A DNA stretch of 64,000 nucleotides from Spirochaetia bacterium (GTDB lineage: Bacteria; Spirochaetota; Spirochaetia; SZUA-6; Bin103), in NCBI GenBank assembly GCA_965199955.1, contig CBDATQ010000002.1, forward strand, positions 64,001-128,000. Reading direction: 5' to 3'. How positions within the stretch are numbered: the first letter of the stretch is position 1; the number at the start of each line of letters is the position of its first letter. Below the pieces are notes generated by a model. The model saw only the letters and a program-made list of their open reading frames with translations. It had not been told where the DNA came from and did not search any database. Positions 37,899 to 47,394 of the stretch are shown here, in pieces. The position numbers and the translations under genes were made by a program.

Positions 37899-39194
37899 TC
37901 AGGGATACTCGAAGTCTTCGACGGCGTAGATCTGCGGCAGCCCTGACTCGTCCGAGTTGAACAGCACCACGCTGCCGTCCGGCGACTGGAACGGATGCGG
38001 ATGCGTGTGCTGCGAGCGGCCGAACGACGAGCGCGGGTGGAGCAGGTATCTGGTCCGCAGCACCGCGTCGGGCTCGTCCGGCAGCACGCCGACGTAGATC
38101 ACGCAATTCTCGTGGCGGCCCTGGTAGCCGAAGGTGTCGGAGACGAACTTCGTCCCCGTCGGGTCGAAGGCGAAGTGGCACGAGTCCTCGCGCTCCATCG
38201 AGCGGCTGATGCGGTTGCGCGTCGCGCCCGGTATCAGGCGCCCGTGGTGCATGGTGCCGGGCTCGGCGCGGACCGCCGTGGCCTCCAGCAGCGGATACCG
38301 TTCCTCGCTCTCGATGGCCATGCTTGCCACCACCGACATCTGCTCGCCGCGCCACGCCTGGTGCCCCTGGCACGTCTCGACTCCGTCGCGGCCGAACGCG
38401 TAGCAACGGAAGTCGCTGCCGTCGTCGCGGATCACGTGCACGTCGGCGCCCTTGCCGCCGGCCTGGGTGACGATGTCGCCCAGCTCGTCCACGTCGCAGC
38501 CGTGGTTGTCCTGCAGGAGGATGTCGTGGCTCTCCTCCGGGTCCTTCGAGCGGGAGTACTGGTGGTGGATGTTGCAGAAGCTCTGGCCTTCGAAAATGAG
38601 CGATACGGCGGCGCGTTCGACGTCGAACACCACCAGGCCCCAGGGGGCGTTGTGGGTGCGGCCGTCGCCGAGGTAGCCGGCCATGCACAGGCGGGCGCCG
38701 TCGGAGGAGATGCTGCTGGTGCCGTAGAGCAGGCTCAGGTGGCGGCCGGCTTCCGGCAGCGGGCCGTCGAACCTGGCCAGGGTCTCGCGCTGGAAGGAGT
38801 CGAGGTCCACGCGCTTGACCGCCCACCAGCCGCCGCCTGCGCGCGTGCGGTCGATGAAGTAGTACATGTAGCGTCCGTCCGGGGAGACGCTGGGGCCGAT
38901 GGCGCCCTCCTCGTCGGTGAGCTGGATGAACGAGTAGCCGTCCTGGATGTCGCACAGCAGGTACTCGCGCCGGCTGCTGCGGGTGTCGACGTCGGCCGGA
39001 TCGAGGAAGCGCTGGAACACGAAGCGCCGGGAGTCGGGCGTGAACACCCGCGCCTCCATGTAGATGTGGCTGTGCGGGCGCCCGGCGTCGGCGCTGATCT
39101 GCGTGACCCGCAGCCCTTTCGGTGAGCGCTCGCCGAGCAGATCGGGGCGCTCGCGGTGCTGGCGATAGACCTCTGTGTTGACGCGGCTCTCCAT
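37899..39194 (-). CDS. Oligogalacturonate lyase-like / TolB-like beta-propeller protein
   Basis: HIYMEARVFTPDSRRFVF, GPSVSPDG, CNIHHQY, CQGHQAW and HPHPFQSPDGSVVLFNSD. Start placed at ATG 39194. Confidence 0.7.
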   Translation of the reverse strand: MESRVNTEVYRQHRERPDLLGERSPKGLRVTQISADAGRPHSHIYMEARVFTPDSRRFVFQRFLDPADVDTRSSRREYLLCDIQDGYSFIQLTDEEGAIGPSVSPDGRYMYYFIDRTRAGGGWWAVKRVDLDSFQRETLARFDGPLPEAGRHLSLLYGTSSISSDGARLCMAGYLGDGRTHNAPWGLVVFDVERAAVSLIFEGQSFCNIHHQYSRSKDPEESHDILLQDNHGCDVDELGDIVTQAGGKGADVHVIRDDGSDFRCYAFGRDGVETCQGHQAWRGEQMSVVASMAIESEERYPLLEATAVRAEPGTMHHGRLIPGATRNRISRSMEREDSCHFAFDPTGTKFVSDTFGYQGRHENCVIYVGVLPDEPDAVLRTRYLLHPRSSFGRSQHTHPHPFQSPDGSVVLFNSDESGLPQIYAVEDFEYP

Positions 39195-39384
39195 GGCGCA
39201 ACCGTAGCGCCGAACCGCCCGCTCCACAACTTAGGATGCTCAGCCCCGGGGCGGAGCTCGCCCGGACGATCCGTTCTCGGCGAGCTCGCCGGTGGTCCGA
39301 GCGGTAACGGGCACCGAGGCTGAGGCCGGAAGCGCTTGCGCGCGATGTGCGAGTTGATCGACCGGGGTGAGGTGGCCCGCAAGC

Positions 39385-39437
39385 TTTGTACAAATACTAA
39401 AAGATTCTTGACACACATCGAACTTGCCGGCTACGAT
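39385..39437 (+). promoter_or_regulatory. Sigma70-type promoter with upstream palindromic operator candidate
   Basis: TTGACA (39408-39413), 18 nt, TACGAT (39432-39437). Palindrome TTTGTACAAA at 39385-39394 lies in an AT-rich patch. Confidence 0.6.
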
Positions 39438-39459
39438 GTCCAACGTCGTGGAAGGAGAA

Positions 39460-40107
39460 GTGACGACGGCGGCGGCAACTGCCGTCGATGGCGTCCGCAC
39501 CGGCGGGCAGTCCGAGACGCTGGGCAGCAGGTTGCGGCGGCGGCGGCGTGAACTCGGCTTGACGTTGCAGCAGGTCGGCGACGGCGCGAAGCTCTCGGTC
39601 GGCTTCATATCGCAGGTCGAACGCGACCTGACGTCGCCCTCGCTGTCATCTCTCGCGGCGATATCGCGCGTGCTGCAGGCGCACATTTCCGAATTCTTCG
39701 CGATTCCGGGTGGCGGCTCGCTGACAACCAGGGCCAGGACCCGCGGGCACTATTCGCTCGACAAGCGAAACACCGACTACGAGCGGGTTACCGCAAACTT
39801 CCCGGGTCACGTTCTCAACGGCGTCATCATGCATGAACCGCCCGGCTACCGAAGCGAACCGATCAGACACGAGGGAGAGGAGTTCTTCTTTGTGCTGAGT
39901 GGTTCGATAACCGTGGAAGTCGGCGGCAAGGCCACGATCCTCAACGCGGGCGACTCGATCCACTTCAGATCAGACCGGGAGCATTCCACCTGGAATCACA
40001 CCGCCGATCCCGCAAGCGTGCTGGTCGTGGTGACGATGGACATATTCGGTGAAGCCAATACCGAGAAAATGGGCAGGATCAATCATGACTCCGGCCCGGG
40101 AGGATAG
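39460..40107 (+). CDS. XRE-family HTH regulator with C-terminal cupin sensor domain
   Basis: LGLTLQQV...LSVGFISQVERDLTSPSLSSL, HEGEEFFFVLSG and GDSIHF...HSTWN. GAAGGAG precedes GTG 39460. Confidence 0.92.
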   Translation: MTTAAATAVDGVRTGGQSETLGSRLRRRRRELGLTLQQVGDGAKLSVGFISQVERDLTSPSLSSLAAISRVLQAHISEFFAIPGGGSLTTRARTRGHYSLDKRNTDYERVTANFPGHVLNGVIMHEPPGYRSEPIRHEGEEFFFVLSGSITVEVGGKATILNAGDSIHFRSDREHSTWNHTADPASVLVVVTMDIFGEANTEKMGRINHDSGPGG

Positions 40108-40111
40108 AATC

Positions 40112-41692
40112 GTGAAGAGACACACAGCCGTCATTGTCGTGGGAGCCATCGTTGCTCTGTCGGCCGCCACGGTGCACGCGGAGACCGTGCTGCGGCTCGA
40201 CGAGGTCGCGGTCGGCGAGCTGGATCCCGCAAAGGCATCCGACTACGCCGACTCCATTCTCATGTTCAACGTCTACGATACGCTGGTGCTGCCGCGCCAG
40301 GGCGGGCCGGGCCATGTGCCGCACCTTGCAGAGTCGTGGAGCGGCAGTGGAAGCACCTACACGTTCGTGCTGCGGGACGACGTCATGTTCCAGAGTGGCA
40401 ACATGCTGACGGCTGAAGACGTCGTGTTCTCTCTGGAACGAATGACGGAGCTCGGCCAGGGCCTTTCCTACCTGTTCAGCGATGTCCAGGGTGCGGAAGC
40501 GATCGGTGAGCACACGGTCCGGTTCGATCTTGCCGAGGCATACGCTCCATTCGTGAGCTTGCTGGTCAGGCTGCCGATCGTCGACAAGCAGCTCGTAATG
40601 GCCAATCTCGGTGAAGGCGAAGGCGAGATGGGCGACTGGGGGCAGGCCTACCTGTCGGAGCACGGCGGCGGTTCGGGGGCATACAGTGTGGAGTCCCACA
40701 ATCCCCAGGAAGTCACCGTGATGGTCAAGAATCCGAACTACTTCCTCGGGATCAACGACAAGGCTCCGGACAGAGTCCGCCTCCGCTACGGGCTTGAGCC
40801 GGCAACGGTCAGGACACTCCTCGCGCAAGGTGAGCACGACATTTCCTCGCAGTGGCTGCCTCCCGAGGTCAAGCGCGCACTCGCTGATGCCGGCAATCAG
40901 CTTCTCACCGAGGGCGGCACCGGGTCGTTCTACTTCAAGATGAACACCACCAAGCCGCCACTGGACGATGTCGACTGCCGTCTCGCTCTGACGAATGCGT
41001 TCGATTACGGATCGGTTCTGAAACTGGTCGCCATCACGGACGAAGTTGCGGAGGGCTCTCCCTCAACAGGTGCGATCACGAAAGGGATGTTTGGTGCCCG
41101 ACCGGCGGGTGAATCCCTCGTTCGCGATGTTGCAGCAGCCAAGGCCCACTTGGCCAAGTGCGTACATGATCCGGCGGATTTCGAGATCGAGGTCTCGTGG
41201 ATCGCGGAAGTTCCGCTGGAAGAGCGGTTCGCGCTGCTTATGCAGGCAAACCTCGCGGAAATCGGCATCAAGTCGAAGATTACCAAGGTGCCGTGGGCGG
41301 CGTTCGCGGGCATGGTCGGCGATCCGGCAACCACCCCTCACGTCTCGCAGATCTTCGTCACGGCGACCACGGGCGATCCGGACACCCTGCTCTACGGCAT
41401 GTATCACTCGACCAGCGCGGGGACTTGGCAGTCGCCGGAGCATCTGAACGATGCCGAGGTCGACCGGTTGCTGGACGCGGGAAGGGTCGGAGCCACGGAT
41501 GCCGACCGCGACGCCGCGTATTCGGCACTGAACGACCGGCTGATGGAGATCGCTCCGACGATCTATGCGTACGACGCGGAGTCGGTTTTCGTGGCACGGC
41601 CCGGAATCCATGTTCCGGCGCTGTCGGATCCCGCCATGGCCTTCGGACTTGACACCATGGGTTTCCAGTTCAGGCTGATGGAAATCGAGTAG
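40112..41692 (+). CDS. ABC transporter substrate-binding protein, family 5
   Basis: GGAGG RBS, signal peptide ending VHA, NVYDTLV, LAESW and LTAEDVVFSLER. Confidence 0.93.
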   Translation: MKRHTAVIVVGAIVALSAATVHAETVLRLDEVAVGELDPAKASDYADSILMFNVYDTLVLPRQGGPGHVPHLAESWSGSGSTYTFVLRDDVMFQSGNMLTAEDVVFSLERMTELGQGLSYLFSDVQGAEAIGEHTVRFDLAEAYAPFVSLLVRLPIVDKQLVMANLGEGEGEMGDWGQAYLSEHGGGSGAYSVESHNPQEVTVMVKNPNYFLGINDKAPDRVRLRYGLEPATVRTLLAQGEHDISSQWLPPEVKRALADAGNQLLTEGGTGSFYFKMNTTKPPLDDVDCRLALTNAFDYGSVLKLVAITDEVAEGSPSTGAITKGMFGARPAGESLVRDVAAAKAHLAKCVHDPADFEIEVSWIAEVPLEERFALLMQANLAEIGIKSKITKVPWAAFAGMVGDPATTPHVSQIFVTATTGDPDTLLYGMYHSTSAGTWQSPEHLNDAEVDRLLDAGRVGATDADRDAAYSALNDRLMEIAPTIYAYDAESVFVARPGIHVPALSDPAMAFGLDTMGFQFRLMEIE

Positions 41693-41735
41693 CGGCCATC
41701 CTCGGCCGACCGGACAGCGCTCAGGACAGACCCGA

Positions 41736-42761
41736 ATGGTTGTGGTCCTGAGACTGCTTGCCGGGAGGCTGGGGATCTCCCTCCTTATTCTTGTCGGCGT
41801 GTCAATGCTGATCTTCGCGATCGCGAGGGTGATACCGGGAGATCCGGCTCGTATCGCGCTCGGTCCGAACGCGACAAAGGAACAGGTCGCTAACCTTCGC
41901 GAGGAACTCCGGCTCGACGAGCCCCTCTGGCGGCAGTACGCGCTGTTCGTGCGCGATCTCGCAGACGGAGAGCTGGGCACCTCGCTGTACACCAACAGGC
42001 CGGTAACCAAGGACATTGCCCAGTTCCTTCCGGCGACGCTAGAGCTGATCTTCATATCCGGCATCATGATGATTTGCGCCGGGCTGCCACTTGGTGCGCT
42101 GGCAGCAAAGAACCAGGGAGGACTGCTTGACAACGTGGTACGCGTTGTTTCGCTGCTCGGCGTCTCCGCACCGAGCTTCGTGTGGGCGGTTGCTCTCATG
42201 CTGCTGTTCGCGTTCTTCCTGCCGCTGTTTCCGATCGCCGGCAGGATCCATACGAGCCTCGAGGTTTCCCGCGTCACCGGATTCCTTCTTGTAGACACTC
42301 TGCTGGCAGGACGGTTCGATGCGTTCGTCAACGTTGCCTGGCACATCATCCTTCCGGCGTTCGCGCTGGCACTCTCCGGTATCGGACAGGCGGCGCGCCT
42401 CACGCGGGCGAATATGGCCGAGACATATGCAAGGCCCTACATCGAGATGGCTCGTTCCTACGGATTTCCGGAATGGCGAATCGCCGGGCGCTACGCATTT
42501 CGGCCGTCACTGATTCCGTCGCTGACCATCATCGGGCTGGATTTTGCGGCCATGCTCGGCAATGCATTCCTGGTGGAGGCCATTTTCGCCTGGCCCGGTC
42601 TATCGCGCTACGGCGTGGCGGTGATCTTGCGCAAGGATCTGAACGCAATCGTGGGAACCGTCCTGATCATTTCGGCAGCGTTTCTCATCGCCAATCTCGT
42701 CGTCGATCTCCTCATCGCACTACTCAATCCGCGCATCCGCAATGCTCGGGGCCGTCCGTGA
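41736..42761 (+). CDS. ABC transporter permease (DppB-like)
   Basis: IPGDPARIALG, LPATLEL, YIEMARSYG and LLNPRIR. Confidence 0.92.
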   Translation: MVVVLRLLAGRLGISLLILVGVSMLIFAIARVIPGDPARIALGPNATKEQVANLREELRLDEPLWRQYALFVRDLADGELGTSLYTNRPVTKDIAQFLPATLELIFISGIMMICAGLPLGALAAKNQGGLLDNVVRVVSLLGVSAPSFVWAVALMLLFAFFLPLFPIAGRIHTSLEVSRVTGFLLVDTLLAGRFDAFVNVAWHIILPAFALALSGIGQAARLTRANMAETYARPYIEMARSYGFPEWRIAGRYAFRPSLIPSLTIIGLDFAAMLGNAFLVEAIFAWPGLSRYGVAVILRKDLNAIVGTVLIISAAFLIANLVVDLLIALLNPRIRNARGRP

Positions 42762-43591
42762 AGCGCGCTCTTCACATCGTTCTTTCCCGCCCGCTGTCGA
42801 TCGCCGGTATCATTCTGATTGCAATCGTCGTTCTGTCCGCGCTGTTCGCCGACTTGCTTGCGCCGTTCCCCGATCACCGGGGTGCGGTCGTCGATTTCGC
42901 GAACTTCAACAACCCGCCGGGATGGCCGAACCTGATGGGCACGGATCTGGTCGGACGCGACCTGTTCAGCCGAATTCTCTATGCCTATCGGCTTTCGCTG
43001 ATTCTTGGTGTTGTGGTGTTGTCGCTGGCGGTTCCGCTCGGGGTCGCCGTGGGGCTGACGGCCGGGTATTCCGGAGGATGGGTGCGGTTTGTCCTGATGC
43101 GGGCGACGGACGTGTTCCTTTCCATTCCGCCGCTCGTGCTGGCGATGTCGATCATGGGGGTGCTCGAGCCGACCCTCATGAACGGGATGATCGCGGTGAC
43201 GGTGATGTGGTGGCCGTGGTACTCACGGCTCGTCTACAACATCACGCTGGCCGAGCGTGAGGAGGGCTACGTTCTCGCGGCCGAGATCATAGGCGCGTCG
43301 AAGTTCCACGTCATGTTCCGCGAGATCCTGCCCAATTGCGTGCCGGCGGTCATCACCAAGATGACGCTCGATCTCGGGTTCGTGATTCTCATCGCGTCGT
43401 CGCTGTCGTTCCTCGGCCTGGGTGTGCAGCCGCCGACGCCGGACCTGGGCTCGATGGTGGCGGAGGGTGCGAACTACCTTCCCGATTCCTGGTGGCTCAC
43501 GGTGTTCCCCGGCGTCGCGATCCTGGTTGCGGTGTTCGGATTCAACCTTCTCGGCGACACGCTGCGCGAGATATTGGGAACGGACCAATGA
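42758..43591 (+). CDS. ABC transporter permease (DppC-like)
   Basis: GTG 42758 overlaps the previous stop; MGTDLVGRDLFSR, SLSFLGLGVQPPTPDLG and FNLLGD. Confidence 0.92.
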   Translation: MKRALHIVLSRPLSIAGIILIAIVVLSALFADLLAPFPDHRGAVVDFANFNNPPGWPNLMGTDLVGRDLFSRILYAYRLSLILGVVVLSLAVPLGVAVGLTAGYSGGWVRFVLMRATDVFLSIPPLVLAMSIMGVLEPTLMNGMIAVTVMWWPWYSRLVYNITLAEREEGYVLAAEIIGASKFHVMFREILPNCVPAVITKMTLDLGFVILIASSLSFLGLGVQPPTPDLGSMVAEGANYLPDSWWLTVFPGVAILVAVFGFNLLGDTLREILGTDQ

Positions 43592-44469
43592 TGGGGTGTA
43601 CGCTTGACATTCGCGACCTTCGCCTGTCGTTCAGCGACCACACCGGGAGCACCGAGGTCCTGCATGGAATCTCGCTTCGCATCGCTCCCGAGGAGCGCGT
43701 CGCGCTGGTGGGGGAGTCGGGTTCCGGAAAGTCGGTAACGGCGCGCGCAGTCGTCGGCCTGCTCGATCGGACGGGCAGGGCGGCAATCTCGGGCACGATA
43801 CGGTTCGAGGGGACGGATTTGGCGGTGCTTGCGAGGGAGCGCCTCAGGGAGCTGCGCGGAACGCGGATCTCCATGATATTTCAGGACCCCGTCTCGTCGC
43901 TCAATCCGGTGTTCCGGATCGTGACGCAGTTCCGGGAGGTGCTCCGAAGGGTCGATCCCGCCATTCGCAAGGTAGAGGCGAAAAGCAGGGCTGAAGAAAT
44001 CCTGCGCGAGGTTTCGATCAGTGAACCGGGGCGGGTGCTGGAGTCGTTCCCGTTCCAACTGTCCGGGGGCATGAACCAGCGGGTGATGATCGCGATGGCG
44101 CTCGCCAACGAGCCGTCGCTCCTGATCGCCGACGAACCGGGCACCGCGCTCGACGTGACCGTGCAGGATCAGAGCCTGCGGCTCATGCAGCGGCTGGTCG
44201 AGAAACGCAAGGCCGCGCTGCTTCTCATCTCCCACAATCTCGGGATCGTGCGCGAATTCTCGGACCGGCTTTACGTGATCTATCGCGGGAGAATCGTCGA
44301 GGAAGGTGGTACCGGTGCCATTTTCGATGATCCGAAGCATGCCTATACGCGCGCGCTGCTTGCTGCCGTCCCTAGGATTACAAGCCGCGGGATCGCGGAT
44401 GTCCAGGACGATGCAGAGGCATTCCTGGCGCCTCGGGAAATCCACGATCCAGGACCGTCGGCGGCATGA
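43588..44469 (+). CDS. ABC transporter ATP-binding protein (DppD-like)
   Basis: GESGSGKS, IFQDP, LSGGMNQR and LIADEP. Confidence 0.93.
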   Translation: MMGCTLDIRDLRLSFSDHTGSTEVLHGISLRIAPEERVALVGESGSGKSVTARAVVGLLDRTGRAAISGTIRFEGTDLAVLARERLRELRGTRISMIFQDPVSSLNPVFRIVTQFREVLRRVDPAIRKVEAKSRAEEILREVSISEPGRVLESFPFQLSGGMNQRVMIAMALANEPSLLIADEPGTALDVTVQDQSLRLMQRLVEKRKAALLLISHNLGIVREFSDRLYVIYRGRIVEEGGTGAIFDDPKHAYTRALLAAVPRITSRGIADVQDDAEAFLAPREIHDPGPSAA

Positions 44470-45272
44470 CGGACGTGCTTCTAAGAATGCGTGATGTCTC
44501 CCGAACGTTCCGGCATGGATCGTTTGCGGTCGAAGCTGTAAAGGACTTTACCATCGGGATCGCGCACCGGGAGTGCTTGGCGCTCGTCGGTGAGTCGGGG
44601 TCCGGAAAGAGCACCATCGCAAACATGATCTTGGGAGTGACCGCCCCGACATCCGGCAAAATCGTTCTCGACGGCGAGGTCCTGCCCGAGCGGCGCCGGC
44701 TGCGGCACCGGCGCCGAATGCAACTGGTTCAGCAGAATCCTCTGTCCGCTCTGAACTCGAAGAGGACGATAGGTGCCTCCCTGCGGCTGGCATTGGACGT
44801 GCACGGCATCGGCGAACGGGCGCAGCGCCGGGAACGAGTGGCGCGCCTGCTCGAAGAGGTGGGCCTCGAGCGGAAACTTGCTTCGCGGTATCCGGCCGCC
44901 CTTTCGGGCGGACAACAGCAACGGGTGGCCATCGCGAGAGCGCGCGCCTGCGACTCCGATCTGATCGTGTTGGACGAGCCGACATCCGCGCTCGACGTCA
45001 TCGTGCAGGCGCGAATACTCAAGCTTCTGAATACACTGCGCGAGCGCCGGGGACTGACGTACCTGTTCATCACCCACGACCTCGCCGTGGTGCGCAACAT
45101 CGCCGACCGGGTTGCCGTGCTGAACCGGGGCGAGCTTGTCGAGACCGGCGGCACCGAGGAGATCTTTCGCCGGCCGAAGCACCCGTACACGCGTACGCTC
45201 ATCGCGGCGTCGCCGGTGATCACGGAGGATGAACAGGAATTCCGCGACAGAATACGGAGCCAGGATGGTTGA
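44466..45272 (+). CDS. ABC transporter ATP-binding protein (DppF-like)
   Basis: GESGSGKS, LSGGQQQR, LDEPTSALD and HPYT. Confidence 0.93.
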   Translation: MTDVLLRMRDVSRTFRHGSFAVEAVKDFTIGIAHRECLALVGESGSGKSTIANMILGVTAPTSGKIVLDGEVLPERRRLRHRRRMQLVQQNPLSALNSKRTIGASLRLALDVHGIGERAQRRERVARLLEEVGLERKLASRYPAALSGGQQQRVAIARARACDSDLIVLDEPTSALDVIVQARILKLLNTLRERRGLTYLFITHDLAVVRNIADRVAVLNRGELVETGGTEEIFRRPKHPYTRTLIAASPVITEDEQEFRDRIRSQDG

Positions 45273-45307
45273 CCGATGACATCGCTGGCGAATTCAGGAG
45301 AATCACC

Positions 45308-47383
45308 ATGAACAACTGGATCACGCGAGTCGCGACCGATGTGGGCGGGACGTTCACGGACCTGGTCAGGTTCGATATCGACCCCGAGTCGGGACAGTCG
45401 CGCGTAACCGCGGCCAAGACCTCGACCACGCCGCCGGACTTCGAACGTGGCGTTCTCGCGGTGCTGCGCAAGGCCGAGGTGCCGTTCGGCGAAATCACGT
45501 TTCTTGCCCACGGCACCACCCTCGTCATCAACGCGCTGACGGAGCGGAAAGGCGCAAAGGTCGGGCTGATCACGACGGAAGGGTTCCGGGACACGCTGGA
45601 AATCGGCCGCGGCAACCGGCCCGATTTCTTCAATCTCCATTACGAGAAGCCGAAACCGTTCGTCCCGCGGTATCTGCGACGGGAGCTTCCGGGAAGGATG
45701 AGCTACCGGGGAGAGGAGATGAGGCCGCTGGACTTGGCTCCCGTGGAAGGGATAATCGCCGATTTCCGCGCCGACGGCGTCGAGGCGGTCGCGATCTGCT
45801 TCCTCCATTCCTACGCCAACGCGGCCCACGAGCGCGCCGCCGAAGCGGAGGTCAGGCGGCTCTGGCCCGAGGTTCACGCCGTGTCATCGCACAACATTGC
45901 GCGAGAGTGGCGCGAATACGAACGCACGAGCACGACGGTCCTGTCCGCCTATGTCCAACCCGCCGCCGAGCGCTACCTCATGCGCCTGAGCGAAGGGCTG
46001 TCGAGCCAAGGTTTCAAGGGAAGTCCTTATGTGATGCAGTCCAACGGCGGAGTCGACTCGCTCGACGCAACAGCGCGGACGCCGATCACCATGATCGAAT
46101 CCGGACCGTCCTCGGGAGTCTGGGGAGCCGCCGAACTGGGGCGCTTGATCGGCGACCAGAGCATCATCGCGCTCGACATCGGTGGCACGACCGCCAAGTG
46201 TTCCTTGATCGACCACAGCAACATCAAGATCGTGACCGATTACTGGATCGAGCGGGACGGAACGTCGGCCGGCTACCCGGTGATGGTACCGGTGGTCGAC
46301 ATCGTCGAGATCGGAAACGGCGGTGGCTCGATCGCCTGGGTGGACGATGTCGGAAAGCTGCACGTCGGGCCACAGTCGGCCGGAGCCTCCCCGGGTCCGG
46401 CAGCCTACGGCATTGGCGGTAGGGAAGCGACCACGACCGACGCGAATCTGTGGCTGGGCAGGATCAACCGCGACTACTTCTGCGGCGTAGAAATGACTGC
46501 AGATATAGATGCGGTGGAAGATGTGCTGCGCGGCCTGGGCCGACGGCTGGGGCTCGGCGCGGATGAGGCGGCCGTCGGCATCGTGCGGATCGCGAACAAC
46601 AACATGGTCAACGCGCTCAAGTTGGTGTCGTTGAACCGGGGCTTCGATCCCAGGGACTTCACGCTCGTCGCATTCGGGGGCGGCGGCGGCATGCACGCGG
46701 TTGCACTTGCACGCGAGTTGGGCGTCTCCAAGGTGGTGATACCCGCCGATGCCGCCGTGTTTTCGGCTTGGGGCATGATGATGTCGGACCTGCGGCGCGA
46801 CTATGTCGTGACGCGGTTGGCGGATCTCGTTGCCGAGAACGCGACCGCCATCGAGAACACCCTCGCCGAGACTGAGGACGCGGCGCGGGCGCAGTTCCGG
46901 AGCGAAGGTGTCGATCCTGCACGGCTGTCGTTCAGGAGGTTCGGCAAGTTCCGTTACCAGAACCAGGAGAACACGACCGAAGTCGCGCTCGCCGATGGGG
47001 CTGTGACGCCACGTCGGATTGCCGAGATCAGGAGGGCGTTCGAAGCGGAGTACGAGCGCGAGTACACCTACCGCCTCGATGCCCCGGTGGAGATGGTCGG
47101 GATCCACGTCACGGCCACCGCGGAGGTGGGGCGCATGGCGATAAAGCGGAAGAGACCAGGCCGCGCCAGCGCCGACGAGGCACGAAAGTCCTCTCGCGAA
47201 GTCAACTTCGCGGAGGAGGGGGTGTTGGAGTCTGCGATCTACGATGGCAGGAAGCTCCTGCCCGGGATGCGCTTCCCCGGCCCGGCAATTGTCGAGGATG
47301 CCGCCTCCACAATCGTCGTCCATCAAGGCAATCAGGTCGAAGTCGATGGGTTTGGCAATATCGTCATTCGCATCCAATCATGA
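45308..47383 (+). CDS. hyuA: Hydantoinase A/oxoprolinase family protein
   Basis: DVGGTFTD, HGTTLVINAL, ESGP, DIGGTT and AFGGGG. CAGGAG RBS. Confidence 0.92.
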   Translation: MNNWITRVATDVGGTFTDLVRFDIDPESGQSRVTAAKTSTTPPDFERGVLAVLRKAEVPFGEITFLAHGTTLVINALTERKGAKVGLITTEGFRDTLEIGRGNRPDFFNLHYEKPKPFVPRYLRRELPGRMSYRGEEMRPLDLAPVEGIIADFRADGVEAVAICFLHSYANAAHERAAEAEVRRLWPEVHAVSSHNIAREWREYERTSTTVLSAYVQPAAERYLMRLSEGLSSQGFKGSPYVMQSNGGVDSLDATARTPITMIESGPSSGVWGAAELGRLIGDQSIIALDIGGTTAKCSLIDHSNIKIVTDYWIERDGTSAGYPVMVPVVDIVEIGNGGGSIAWVDDVGKLHVGPQSAGASPGPAAYGIGGREATTTDANLWLGRINRDYFCGVEMTADIDAVEDVLRGLGRRLGLGADEAAVGIVRIANNNMVNALKLVSLNRGFDPRDFTLVAFGGGGGMHAVALARELGVSKVVIPADAAVFSAWGMMMSDLRRDYVVTRLADLVAENATAIENTLAETEDAARAQFRSEGVDPARLSFRRFGKFRYQNQENTTEVALADGAVTPRRIAEIRRAFEAEYEREYTYRLDAPVEMVGIHVTATAEVGRMAIKRKRPGRASADEARKSSREVNFAEEGVLESAIYDGRKLLPGMRFPGPAIVEDAASTIVVHQGNQVEVDGFGNIVIRIQS

Positions 47384-47394
47384 GGAGCAGGCTG

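Noticed and set aside
39255..39297. GAGCTCGCC/GGCGAGCTC hairpin as the boundary of the foreign block
   Set aside because: No matching sequence was found at the other end near 50.9 kb, and GC-rich hairpins are common here.
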